Source: Nitrospirota bacterium
GTDB taxonomy: Bacteria > Nitrospirota > UBA9217
DNA: 64,000 nucleotides
Reading direction: 5' to 3'
Assembly: GCA_963751455.1 (NCBI GenBank)
Contig: CAVVUN010000015.1
Location: 128,001 to 192,000 of the forward strand
Shown here: positions 48,667 to 58,270 of the stretch, in pieces
How the letters are laid out: each line of letters opens with the position of its first letter
How positions within the stretch are numbered: the stretch's first letter is position 1
The notes under the pieces: model-generated
What the model was told of the DNA's origin: nothing
The model's input: only the letters and a program-made list of their open reading frames with translations
The model's database searches: none
Position numbers and translations under genes: made by a program

Positions 48667-50151
48667 ATGAACCATCCTCCATCCCGATTCGAGGACGAGC
48701 AGTTCCGCACCCCGCTGTTCGACGCAATGGTCAATCTTGCGGAAAGCCGCAAGGTCTCGTTCCATACCCCCGGACATAAGAGCGGCAAAGGCATATCCAC
48801 CCGGTTCCGTAAATTCGTGGGACCGCGCATCTTTTCGATCGACCTGACCACGCTCGATGAAGTCGACTCACTCCAGAACCCCACCGGTGTAATCAAAGAA
48901 GCCCAGGAACTGGCCGCAAAGGCGGCCGGGGCGGACAGGTCCTATTTCCTCGTCAACGGCACGACCGTGGGCAATCACGCCATGGTTGCCTCCACGACGG
49001 GACCCGGCGACAAGGTCATCATCGCCCGGAACTGCCACCGCTCGGTCCTTACCGGCCTCATCATGAGCGGCGCCCAGCCGATTTTTTTTCAGCCGGCATT
49101 CGACCGGGACCTCAAGCTCACGCTGAACGTCACCTTCGAAACCGCGAAGCAGGCGATCGACGCCAATCCCGGCGCCCGGGCGCTCCTGATCACGAGCCCG
49201 AACTACTACGGCCTGTGCGCGGACATCGAAAAAATCATCCCGTACGCTCGCGAGAAGGGCCTTCTGATCTTCGTGGACGAAGCCCACGGACCTCACCTCA
49301 AGTTTAACCCGAAGCTCCCGAAATGCGCGCTGGAAGCCGGAGCAGACCTGTGCGTCCAGTCGACCCACAAGATCGTTGGGGGCATGACCCAGGCCTCGAT
49401 GCTCCATGCCATGTCGGCGAGGATCAACATTGACGACGTTACGAACACGCTCAAGCTTCTCCAGACGACCAGTCCTTCCTATATCCTCATGGCTTCCCTG
49501 GACCTCGCCAGGATGCAGATGGCAACCGAAGGAAAGAAACTTCTGAACCGAACCATAAAGCTCGCCGAAGAGGCCCGGCTGGCAATCGCGAAAATCCCGG
49601 GCATCACCTGCTTCGGCAAAGACCGGGCAAAGCAGGCAGGCATGGCGGACATGGATGTCACGAAAATGACGATCACGGTCTCCGACCTCGGGCTTTCCGG
49701 GTATCATGTGTCCCAGCTGCTGAACAACCGGTTCGGCATCCAGGTAGAGATGGCCGACCCGTTTCACGTGCTGGTAATCGTCTCGATCGGCGACCGGCAG
49801 GACGACCTCAACCGGCTCGTCGAGGCGCTTCGCGTCATCGCAGCGGAAAGCGGGCTCCAGGGCGCGCTACTTCCGCTCGACAAGGTGCATCCTCCGGCCC
49901 TGAACAACCGTTTCGCCATGACCCCGCGCGATGCCTTCTATTCCGACAGTGAACTCGTTAATCTCGACGGCGCTGCGGGCAGGGTATCGACCGAGATCGT
50001 GACCGTGTACCCGCCCGGCATACCCCTCCTCGTTCCCGGGGAAGAGATCTGCCAGGACGCCATCGATTATCTCCGCAATATGGCCGGCCTCGGCGCAATC
50101 ATCGACGGCATGAACGAGAACAACACGCTTGTTCGTGTGGCCAAGGCGTAA
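48667..50151 (+). CDS. Fold-type I PLP-dependent Arg/Lys/Orn decarboxylase
   Basis: FHTPGHK, FLVNGTT, RNCH.S, DEAHG, QSTHK, TSPSY, YPPGIP; in operon with speD and speE. Confidence 0.9.
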   Translation: MNHPPSRFEDEQFRTPLFDAMVNLAESRKVSFHTPGHKSGKGISTRFRKFVGPRIFSIDLTTLDEVDSLQNPTGVIKEAQELAAKAAGADRSYFLVNGTTVGNHAMVASTTGPGDKVIIARNCHRSVLTGLIMSGAQPIFFQPAFDRDLKLTLNVTFETAKQAIDANPGARALLITSPNYYGLCADIEKIIPYAREKGLLIFVDEAHGPHLKFNPKLPKCALEAGADLCVQSTHKIVGGMTQASMLHAMSARINIDDVTNTLKLLQTTSPSYILMASLDLARMQMATEGKKLLNRTIKLAEEARLAIAKIPGITCFGKDRAKQAGMADMDVTKMTITVSDLGLSGYHVSQLLNNRFGIQVEMADPFHVLVIVSIGDRQDDLNRLVEALRVIAAESGLQGALLPLDKVHPPALNNRFAMTPRDAFYSDSELVNLDGAAGRVSTEIVTVYPPGIPLLVPGEEICQDAIDYLRNMAGLGAIIDGMNENNTLVRVAKA

Positions 50152-50283
50152 AAAACCAATCAACAATCTGGAAGCGGATCGATTCCGAAAATGACCCGAA
50201 TTTAAACAACTCCACACTCGCCACCCCCGTCTCGACTTTTCCTTGGAAGTTCCTCATTGCAGTGACTCTGCCGGTATATCGAT

Positions 50284-50356
50284 TTAACCTAAAAAAAGCA
50301 TTTGGGACGCAGAAAAATCGGATAAACGCAGACAGCCGAATGTATGAAAGGTTTAA
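50284..50356. repeat. Short copy of the element at 46365-46573
   Basis: 45-bp identity cctaaaaaaagcatttgggacgcagaaaaatcggataaacgcaga; ends ttaacct / aggtttaa. Confidence 0.85.
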
Positions 50357-50439
50357 GTGAATTTTCCCATCCAAAAATAAATCGTACTATACTTAAACTA
50401 AGAAAAATATAAAGGAATGGACACAGGAAGGGAGACTAT

Positions 50440-50697
50440 ATGCTCTTTATCATGGAGTACTGGTACATCTGGGTCATCGGATTGATTGTACTGCCGATCA
50501 TTGCAATCTTGCCGCAGATAAGGAACATTCTCGAGATTATCGAGAATAAAAATAAGGACCCGAGAGAAATCGCGAAGCTTTTTTTGAAACCAGGGACATT
50601 GACAGTTACGATACTGGGAGGAATGGGGACGTTCATCTGCTTTATTTTTTTCTTTGCCTCGATTCTGTTCGCGATAATCAAGTACATAAAGTCATGA
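50440..50697 (+). CDS. Small two-TM hypothetical protein
   Basis: 85 aa, GGGAG RBS, two hydrophobic helices. Confidence 0.6.
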   Translation: MLFIMEYWYIWVIGLIVLPIIAILPQIRNILEIIENKNKDPREIAKLFLKPGTLTVTILGGMGTFICFIFFFASILFAIIKYIKS

Positions 50698-50840
50698 ATG
50701 CCTTCCCGCTTTACATTCATGTAATTTTATAGTATTTTTTAATTGTACGGGTGATCCCGTTTACTGCTCTGATTCTGTTTAACCATTCCGCAATCCGAAA
50801 TCCGCAATCAACAATTTTGGCATATGGTCACGCATAAAAA

Positions 50841-51887
50841 ATGAAGAAACTTGACCGTGCAGCAAACGAAGACTCCAGCGTGCCTCAGGTCTCGATCGTC
50901 ATGCCGTTTCGAAACGCGGAAGATACGCTTCCTGAGTGCCTCGATTCGCTCCAGCAACAGACACTTCAGGATTTCGAGGCGCTGCTCGTGGATGACGGGT
51001 CCGAAGATCTATCTGCAAAAATTGTCCGGGACCTGGCTCGGGAGGACAAGCGGTTTCGCCTGCTGTGCCCGGGCCGTATCGGGCTTGTGGCAGCGCTCAA
51101 TCTCGGCATAGAGCAATCCCGCGCAGCCCTGATCGCGCGGATGGACGCGGACGATATCATGCATCCGGACCGGCTGCTGCGGCAAAGCGAATTCCTTCAC
51201 GATCATCCGGATATTACGCTCGTCGGCTGCCGGGTGGAGCTCTTCCCTGAAGATGCGATTCGCGCCGGTTACCGGGAATACGTGCGATGGCAGAACGAAT
51301 GCGTCGACCCCGGCGCTATTGCGGCAAATATTTATGTCGAATCTCCGCTTGTCCATCCGTCTGTAATGGTCAGGCGAAGCGCGCTCCAGGCGCTGGGCGG
51401 CTATTGTGAAGGGCCTTTTCCCGAGGACTATGATTTATGGCTCAGGATGCACGAGGCTGGGCACAGGATGGCCAGGGTGGAAGATGTGCTTCTGTCATGG
51501 CGGGAGCGGCCGGACCGGACATCGCGCGTAGACCCGCGCTACGGCCGCGAAAGCTTCGATCGTCTGCGCGCCCGCCATCTTAGCCGGGACCCGCGTCTTT
51601 CTTCAGGAAGGAAACTGGTAGTCTGGGGCGGGGGAAGGTCGACCCGCAGCCGCGTGCGCTATCTGCTGGATCATGGCGTTTCAATTCATGCCTGGGTGGA
51701 TGTCGATCCCGGGCGGATCAATATGACTATCTGGGGACTGCCTGTGCATCCATACACCTGGCTCGAGCGCAGCCCGAGACCCTTTGTCCTGGTGTACGTC
51801 ACGAACCACGGCGCGCGAGAAGAGATCGCAGAGGCTCTTAACAAGTGGGGCTATGTTTGCGGCCAGGATTATCTGGCTGTAGGATAG
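50841..51887 (+). CDS. Glycosyltransferase family 2
   Basis: VSIVMP, VDDGSED, ALN.G, ARMDADD, HPSV, EDYDLW. Confidence 0.92.
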   Translation: MKKLDRAANEDSSVPQVSIVMPFRNAEDTLPECLDSLQQQTLQDFEALLVDDGSEDLSAKIVRDLAREDKRFRLLCPGRIGLVAALNLGIEQSRAALIARMDADDIMHPDRLLRQSEFLHDHPDITLVGCRVELFPEDAIRAGYREYVRWQNECVDPGAIAANIYVESPLVHPSVMVRRSALQALGGYCEGPFPEDYDLWLRMHEAGHRMARVEDVLLSWRERPDRTSRVDPRYGRESFDRLRARHLSRDPRLSSGRKLVVWGGGRSTRSRVRYLLDHGVSIHAWVDVDPGRINMTIWGLPVHPYTWLERSPRPFVLVYVTNHGAREEIAEALNKWGYVCGQDYLAVG

Positions 51888-51970
51888 CGGGGTTTGAGCA
51901 AAGTAAGAATGGACAAATTAAGAAGTATGAAAACATCTAAATTCTAAAGCAGTTGCAGTTCCAAAAGCGA

Positions 51971-52297
51971 CTGCATCCCGTGAATACGTTCCTGCTTTGC
52001 CATGCGTGAAAAAACGGCATCCGACCATCAGCTTAAACAGCACAGCGAAGCAGAGCGGAGCGTGAGTGCTGCAGGTGGGCGCAGCGATCAGTAAAACCAA
52101 GAAACAAGCTGGCATGCTTGCAGGGACATTTGAACGGCGGTGCAGAAAAAAGAAAAGGATCCCGCGACTTCATGGCATGACGTTGATCTCGCCGCTGATT
52201 CAGGCAGACGATCTCGATTCACAGAGAGAGAAACAGCATCGTACTCGCTCGCTACGCTTACTCCAGAATTCAGGATCCTTTGTTTTTTGGCAACTCG
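51971..52297 (+). other. Structured ~325-nt dispersed element, copy B
   Basis: ctgcatcccgtga...gaacggcggtgcag rod followed by aaaggatcc...ggatcctttgttttttg hairpin; homologous to 44348-44659. Confidence 0.65.
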
Positions 52298-52307
52298 ACC
52301 GTACAAA

Positions 52308-52631
52308 TTATATATCGCTGTTCTGCGCCGTTTTTTCTTTCACGTTCTTTAGTTTCTCCATGCGCGCAGTTTCTCTCGCTTCTTCATGGCTGTTTGCCTG
52401 TTCCCACGCCTTTTTGTAAAGACCGCGCGGCTGTTTGAACACGATCCGGAAATTATCGCCATCGAGATAAACAGGCATGAACAGGCCTGCTTCCCGAGCG
52501 AGTACATCGGCCTGCACAAGAGCCCATTCGCTGCCGGTCTTGAAGCCTGCGGTCTTTCCCATCTGAAATGCGGTCCCAAAACAAACGAGCAGTATTGCGA
52601 GCGCAATAATTGAAGTAGTCAAATTTTTCAT
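52308..52631 (-). CDS. Hypothetical membrane-anchored/exported protein
   Basis: ATG 52631 after GGAGGG; N-terminal hydrophobic helix. Confidence 0.6.
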   Translation of the reverse strand: MKNLTTSIIALAILLVCFGTAFQMGKTAGFKTGSEWALVQADVLAREAGLFMPVYLDGDNFRIVFKQPRGLYKKAWEQANSHEEARETARMEKLKNVKEKTAQNSDI

Positions 52632-52879
52632 AAATCGGGGGTCCCTCCATAAATTTAGCCCGTGTTTAGCAGAATGCGGAAAAAAGTGCAAGCAATTTTT
52701 GACCATCGTCGTATTGGTTTTTTTAATAGTGTCTGAAAGTGATTGAAAAAAATCAGATGAGCGGTTTGCGAAAAATATAATTTATTATTGAGACCGCCAG
52801 ATCGCGGTCTCGGATTCAACAACGCAACGTTATTATCTCTGCTCAATGCTCAATAACTCGATTGTCCGCACTCGAAGGA

Positions 52880-53026
52880 TTAACGTAAGACAATACAGGC
52901 AAGATAGCGCAAGAACTTTTCCCTCTCGACAAGCGACATATCGAGGTAGAGAGGACTCTCGCTTACGATATGATCCAGCTCCCTTTCCTCTTCCATCGCT
53001 TCATCGGTTGTTTCCTGTTCGTTCAT
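52880..53026 (-). CDS. Small 48-aa protein (below ORF-track cut-off)
   Basis: MNEQETTDEAMEEERELDHIVSESPLYLDMSLVEREKFLRYLACIVLR; AAAGGCGG RBS-like site; sigma54 promoter upstream. Confidence 0.6.
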   Translation of the reverse strand: MNEQETTDEAMEEERELDHIVSESPLYLDMSLVEREKFLRYLACIVLR

Positions 53027-53066
53027 AGATAGAGCACCGCCTTTCTCTTACCTATGCTGACACTAT

Positions 53067-53082
53067 TGCATTAGGCGTGCCA
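53067..53082 (-). promoter_or_regulatory. Sigma54 (-24/-12) promoter
   Basis: TGGCAC-GCCTA-ATGCA on the minus strand; IHF-like tttcaaagaatta near 53100. Confidence 0.7.
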
Positions 53083-53374
53083 TATGGAAAAAGAAATGTT
53101 TTCAAAGAATTATAATTTTACGCTCAGAAAGGAATGGGTGAATTAACCGCAGTGAAGGGGGCGTATGACCACATTGAATAATTATGTGAATATTACCCGA
53201 GGAAATAACGCAGTGGAATTGCGGCGTCGCATTTAACCGCAACTTAACGCTATGCGCTCTGCTCCTCACGCACTCCTCAGCGACTCAACACTTGGTCGTC
53301 AAGCATCCTATATCATGCAGTTTCCATCCTGCGTCGTTTCTGTTTCATACCCCAAAAATACCCTATCAAGCGGC

Positions 53375-53448
53375 TTGACACTATCGTGTTAATGCATATA
53401 ATCAGAGTACCAATCCACGATAGCGCTCCTTCCTAAATTCACGATAGC
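53375..53448 (+). promoter_or_regulatory. Sigma70 promoter with three CACGATAG boxes
   Basis: TTGACA-N16-TATAAT; ctatcgtg 53381-53388, cacgatagc at 53416 and 53440. Confidence 0.6.
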
Positions 53449-53524
53449 ACTAGCATCGGTTATGAGTTGGTTTTGCACTTTGTAATTTGCACTATTCAAT
53501 TTTCAGATAAATAGAGGAGGGCAT

Positions 53525-55078
53525 ATGAATAAAGCTCGAAGAGCATTCAGGTCAGTCGCGCTCGTAATTATGCTTTCATTTTTTTTTGGCTGTGGTGATA
53601 CCGTAACGACGAACAACAATTCAGGCGGCGCAACGATTTCGACTGTCAGTATCATTGGCCGGGTCAGTGAAGCAGCCACCCTCCAAGCCATTCAGGGCGC
53701 GGACCTGGAGCTGCTTGACACATTCGGTACTGTAAGCATTGGAACAGCTGAAACTGCAGCCGATGGATCATTCACTTTCTTCAATATCGAAACAGGATCT
53801 TATAAGATACGGGTGACAGCATCGGACTATGCTGATACGGAGTTTTCAGTGAATATTTCGTCAACCAGTAGCCCGGTCAAGAATATCGGCTACGTACTGC
53901 TCGGTAAAGCGTTCGATCTCACGGTTGTCGTTACGGATAAAGGAATGCCTGTGGCTGGTGTACCCGTCCTGGCATTTTCGTATTCCGACACTTCACAGTG
54001 CATTACCTCTATTTATGAAACAATAGCAAATGCATCGTCGAGGCAGATCATTTCTTCTGAGACCAACACGGCTGGGATAGCGGTTCTTAGGGTGAACCAG
54101 TGCGCCCGTTACGAGATCGTTACGACCTCATTCGATAGCGACAATGACGGTCTGAACGATTATGTCTCGGACAGTTTCTACTATGGGTTTGTACCGGCAT
54201 ACAACAACACAACGGTTGCCCTTTCTTTACGGTCCATGCCGTCCTATGATTCGACCGACCCTCAGCAAGTCATTTCTGCCAACAGCAGGAGGTCGAACGA
54301 CATTTTTTATAATGCGAGTAATATTACGTATGCCGGGGGCTTCTTCTATTCTGTATCGAGCCTTTCTGATGCTATAGGATCGAAGCAGCCGATCAGGATC
54401 GTTTTCCAATACCCGGTAGTGCTCTCGGGCGTGATTACAGCCAGCTACAGTGACGACCTTGTGAACCCGGATGGAGATGGAAATGCCATAGTGGACACCG
54501 GGTTCCCGTTCGAAAAGCAGGTGGCCGTAACTGCTTCTCTCGACTCGTCCGGAACTATTTTGACGCTCATGCCGCCGGCAGCCGGTTTTCCCGTGAACCG
54601 CGTCATGACGATTCAGGGATCGCTCACGACTATCACAAACGGGGTTTCGGACATCACAGAACTTTCGGACATTACGAACATGCCGGGCGGGGTCTATATT
54701 GCGGATGACGGCGATTCAGGTTTGAATTCGGGCAGTGCGATTACTGTCGATAACTACAACGGCGATAACGGCGCTTCAGGAACCGTATATGTCGAATTCC
54801 CGGAATATGTGGATGGCACCGTTCGCGTTATTTCCTATACAAAGGCCGGCATTTCGACGACCGTCAACGGCAGCGCTCTTTCGAGCGGTGGAATCATATT
54901 CACGGATGGAGGAACAGCGGGAGCGTGCCCAGGCAAATGCGGACAGGGCGCTGGCATCTTTTACCGCCTTAATACCGGCGTGTCTCTATCTGATGGTGAC
55001 CTCATGACACTGGCTGTCGATGTTGCTGATATGGAAGGCAACCGTCTTAGCCGGCAGGTTCAGTTGATGGTCCAGTAG
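53525..55078 (+). CDS. Surface lipoprotein with carboxypeptidase-regulatory-like and Ig-like domains
   Basis: Lipobox FFGC; G.V......I.GA, T..DG.F.F, G.Y.I.V.A..Y. Confidence 0.75.
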   Translation: MNKARRAFRSVALVIMLSFFFGCGDTVTTNNNSGGATISTVSIIGRVSEAATLQAIQGADLELLDTFGTVSIGTAETAADGSFTFFNIETGSYKIRVTASDYADTEFSVNISSTSSPVKNIGYVLLGKAFDLTVVVTDKGMPVAGVPVLAFSYSDTSQCITSIYETIANASSRQIISSETNTAGIAVLRVNQCARYEIVTTSFDSDNDGLNDYVSDSFYYGFVPAYNNTTVALSLRSMPSYDSTDPQQVISANSRRSNDIFYNASNITYAGGFFYSVSSLSDAIGSKQPIRIVFQYPVVLSGVITASYSDDLVNPDGDGNAIVDTGFPFEKQVAVTASLDSSGTILTLMPPAAGFPVNRVMTIQGSLTTITNGVSDITELSDITNMPGGVYIADDGDSGLNSGSAITVDNYNGDNGASGTVYVEFPEYVDGTVRVISYTKAGISTTVNGSALSSGGIIFTDGGTAGACPGKCGQGAGIFYRLNTGVSLSDGDLMTLAVDVADMEGNRLSRQVQLMVQ

Positions 55079-55149
55079 GGTAACCGGGAACGGGAGAATT
55101 CAGCAAAGCCATCGACAATCGACTATTTAGCGTTCGTTAGGGGAGGAAT

Positions 55150-55806
55150 ATGAGATTAAAAGTGCGTTACGCAAATAGACTTTTATTTTTCATGATAATC
55201 CTGCTGCTTGTCTCCTGCTCCGGGCAGGAAGATGACGGGGGCAACACCGCTGATAACGACAGCTCCGGAGACACCGGGGGATACAGCGGAGGACCCGCAA
55301 GTATTGTTATGCCAGAACTTATTCCCATTTCTATGGGGCCGGTCGAGGGAACAATGTCGATTAGGCTCGGATCATCTCCTCTCATAACATATGCTTCGGG
55401 AACTGGTACAAGTATATATAGTTCTATCACTTCGACAAATCTGCTCAGTGTTGCCATGCATCACACTGAAATTGCATGCCAGGATTCCGCATCCGCGGTA
55501 AATATAAAAATTTATGAAGCAATCGGACCGCAGTTTTATACCGTGGATGATCAAACACTGCTCACTCTGACTTATTGTAAGAGTGGAAACTCGATCATCT
55601 ATTCAGCGACGAGCGGTACGATAACTATCAGCAGTGTTGGAGAAGCAGGAGAGCCGATTACAGGATCTTTTGATGTGATCCTCACATGCATAACGAACTG
55701 CGCTGGAACAACTTCTGCATCCGGGACTTTCTTCGCGACAAGAGTTTTGGTAGCCACTCCCTCCGCACCTGTTACCGTCGATCCCATGCCCGGCGCCGGA
55801 AGCTGA
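55150..55806 (+). CDS. Hypothetical lipoprotein
   Basis: Lipobox LVSC; SGTITI....G..ITGSF beta motif; GGAGG RBS. Confidence 0.7.
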   Translation: MRLKVRYANRLLFFMIILLLVSCSGQEDDGGNTADNDSSGDTGGYSGGPASIVMPELIPISMGPVEGTMSIRLGSSPLITYASGTGTSIYSSITSTNLLSVAMHHTEIACQDSASAVNIKIYEAIGPQFYTVDDQTLLTLTYCKSGNSIIYSATSGTITISSVGEAGEPITGSFDVILTCITNCAGTTSASGTFFATRVLVATPSAPVTVDPMPGAGS

Positions 55807-56253
55807 CGGTTCCACAGCTGAAAAATTCAAAATCAGGCCCGAAACTTTCCTTTCAGCGATTCCTAGGTAAATCCGTTTCGCGCATTATTCAATTCGTCTC
55901 GTCACTTCTCCGCCTGCACCAGCCTGCGCGCCGACAAGCGCGTCAGTGCAAGTGGGTGAGCTTACGAGTGCAATTTGCGTAGCCTGCTCTTGCGAAAGCG
56001 CTGGCTTGACTAAATACAATTTCTGGGTATACCCGGAATGTGTTAATATTATGCCGGATTAAAAGCAAACTGCATTGAGGAAACTGCGCGAATTGCAGCT
56101 TCCTCTAGAGACAGGAGTCGATTCTCTAGGTGAGAAGCGTAATCGTATTCTCGCTTACGCTCCCTCCAGAATTTACTTGAAGCTGAGGATGGATTTTGGT
56201 AGAGTGCGAACGCGTTGTGTAGAACACTGACAATCTGCAATTAAAAGAACAAT

Positions 56254-57183
56254 ATGCTAAAAAGTGATAAGAATAAATCCGTGGTCCCGCTGTCCGCCGG
56301 CCTCATTGTCCTGTCCCTCGGTCTCTTTATAGCGGGCATGAGGAGCCACGACTTCAACGCGCCATCGAGCCTGCTGATCCTGCTCTCGTTCGTGATACTC
56401 TGCGGACTTGCAATCGTTCTGACCGTTGTTGTTGCACGCACCGCAATCAGCAGTGCAGCGAAGTCTGCTTCAGGCAGGGGAACAGTTAAGCACGACAAGA
56501 AAACAGCGGGGCCGGCTGCTGCGGAGCGAGTAGACCAATCAACTCAGCTTTTTTCGGAAACAGCCGGGGAATTGAGAACTTCCGTGGACGTTATCCAGGA
56601 AGAGCTCGAGGAAATTCTGGATGACGACATCCCTGCGGACAAGGAACAGATAGAGTCTCTCTATGACGAAACGGACAGGCTCAAGAAGATCATCGTGGGA
56701 ATGGAACAGTTATCGCAGGCGCAGGCGCTTGCCCGCTCGCTCAAGAAGGATCGCGTCGAACTCAATCCGCTCTTGAACGGGGTGATTGAAAAGACCCGTA
56801 CAGCGTTTCAGGACAAAAACATTACGTTCGGCCTCGAGTGCGAGACAGGACTCGCCATGACCGCAAACCCCGATAGCCTCAACCGGATCCTCGGAAACCT
56901 CATGGACAATGCCGCCAAGGCGGTGAAGGATGCGGGAAGCGTCACGCTCGCGGCTTTGCGAAAAGGAGATATGATCGTTTTTTCCGTCAAAGATGCGGGA
57001 CCCGGGATCAGCCGGAAGCAGCTCCCTCATATCTATGAACGGTTTTTCCGGGGAACGGGCAGCGGCATAGGCATGGGCCTCGCCATTGTGAAGGAACTGG
57101 TGGATGCCTGCGGAGGGAAGATAGAAGTACAGACCAAGGCGGGCGAAGGGACAATATTTACAGTCCACATTCCGGAGGCCTGA
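56254..57183 (+). CDS. Histidine-kinase-like protein lacking the phosphoacceptor His
   Basis: Two TM helices; H-box reads AGELRTSV; N, G1, F and G2 boxes intact. Confidence 0.8.
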   Translation: MLKSDKNKSVVPLSAGLIVLSLGLFIAGMRSHDFNAPSSLLILLSFVILCGLAIVLTVVVARTAISSAAKSASGRGTVKHDKKTAGPAAAERVDQSTQLFSETAGELRTSVDVIQEELEEILDDDIPADKEQIESLYDETDRLKKIIVGMEQLSQAQALARSLKKDRVELNPLLNGVIEKTRTAFQDKNITFGLECETGLAMTANPDSLNRILGNLMDNAAKAVKDAGSVTLAALRKGDMIVFSVKDAGPGISRKQLPHIYERFFRGTGSGIGMGLAIVKELVDACGGKIEVQTKAGEGTIFTVHIPEA

Positions 57184-57497
57184 TACAAGATAGGGGCAAG
57201 GGGCCAGTAGACAGGAGAACGGTAAACCTTGCTTCATTTAGGATGCGCTCTGCGTCTCACCCCCTCACTCAACATCTCAACCCTTTTTTTTCTTGACGCT
57301 ATGCGCCATGCTCCATGCGCTCTGCGTCTCACCGACCCCTGCTCAACCTCTCAACAACCAGACCACTCAACTTTTTCGTTTCCCCAAAACCTGCTTGACA
57401 ATAAATTGCTCATACATGATAATCACTCCACGTTACTGATGACGGCCGGAGCAATCCGGCTGCGTTCTTGAAACCATTTTTAGTCTTGCGGGGACCG

Positions 57498-58158
57498 ATG
57501 ACGACCGGAGAGCAACTCATAGAAAATCTGAAGACGCATCAGTTAATGGTCGCGGTGCGCACAGAAACTCCTGAACAACGCCTATCATGCGGCTATGGCC
57601 TGCGTGGAAGGAGGGATCAGGTTTATCGAGATCACCTTCTCGGTGCCCGGGGCCGATGAGGTGATAGGACAACTGCGTAAAGACGGGCGGGTCACGGTCG
57701 GCGCCGGCACGGTCCTCTCCGTTGACGACGCGAGAAAGGCGTTGAACGCCGGCGCCTCCTACCTTGTAAGCCCCGTTATTGATGAAGAAGTGGTGATGTT
57801 CGCAAAAAAGGAAGGCATGGTTTCCATTCCCGGCGCATGCACGCCCACGGAAATCCACCGGGCCCATAAAGCGGGCGCGGACATCATAAAACTTTTTCCC
57901 TTTGTCGAGATCGGCGGCCTGGGCTTTCTCAAAGCGGTCAGGGGGCCGCTGCCCTTTGTGAGGTACATGCTGTGCGGCGGGGCGACCCTCGACAATGTGT
58001 CCCAATACCTCGCTGCCGGAGCTGCCGGGATACTTATCGGTGCGGCCATCATCAGGCGCGAGCTCGTGGCAGCGGGGGACTGGAATTCCATTGCCGGCCT
58101 GGCCCGTGATTTTGTCGGCAAGGTGGAGGAGCATGCGCGAAAACAGATGACGGCATGA
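57498..58158 (+). CDS. eda: KDPG/KHG aldolase, split by a +1 frameshift near 57579
   Basis: MTTGEQ...AVRTETPEQ continues in another frame as AYHAAMACVEGG...IEIT, GAGTV, VSP, TPTE, KLFP, GG. Confidence 0.85.
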
Positions 58159-58270
58159 ACCCTCTCCCCTTTGGGGAGAGGATAAAAGGTGAGGGGAAAT
58201 CATTCATAATGGCGGTACTGCGTTGGCGGCGCCGCGGAACTCATAATTTGAACTCAGGAGGCTTCAAAAC

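Noticed and set aside
51971-52144. Bona fide 6S RNA
   Set aside because: Shape is similar, but it is multi-copy, lacks the usual zapA/ygfA-type context and I cannot see the consensus; kept as an unknown element
58158-58198. Terminator between eda and the aldolase
   Set aside because: ccctctcccc...ggggagagg...gtgagggg is a common REP-type palindrome and lacks a U tract
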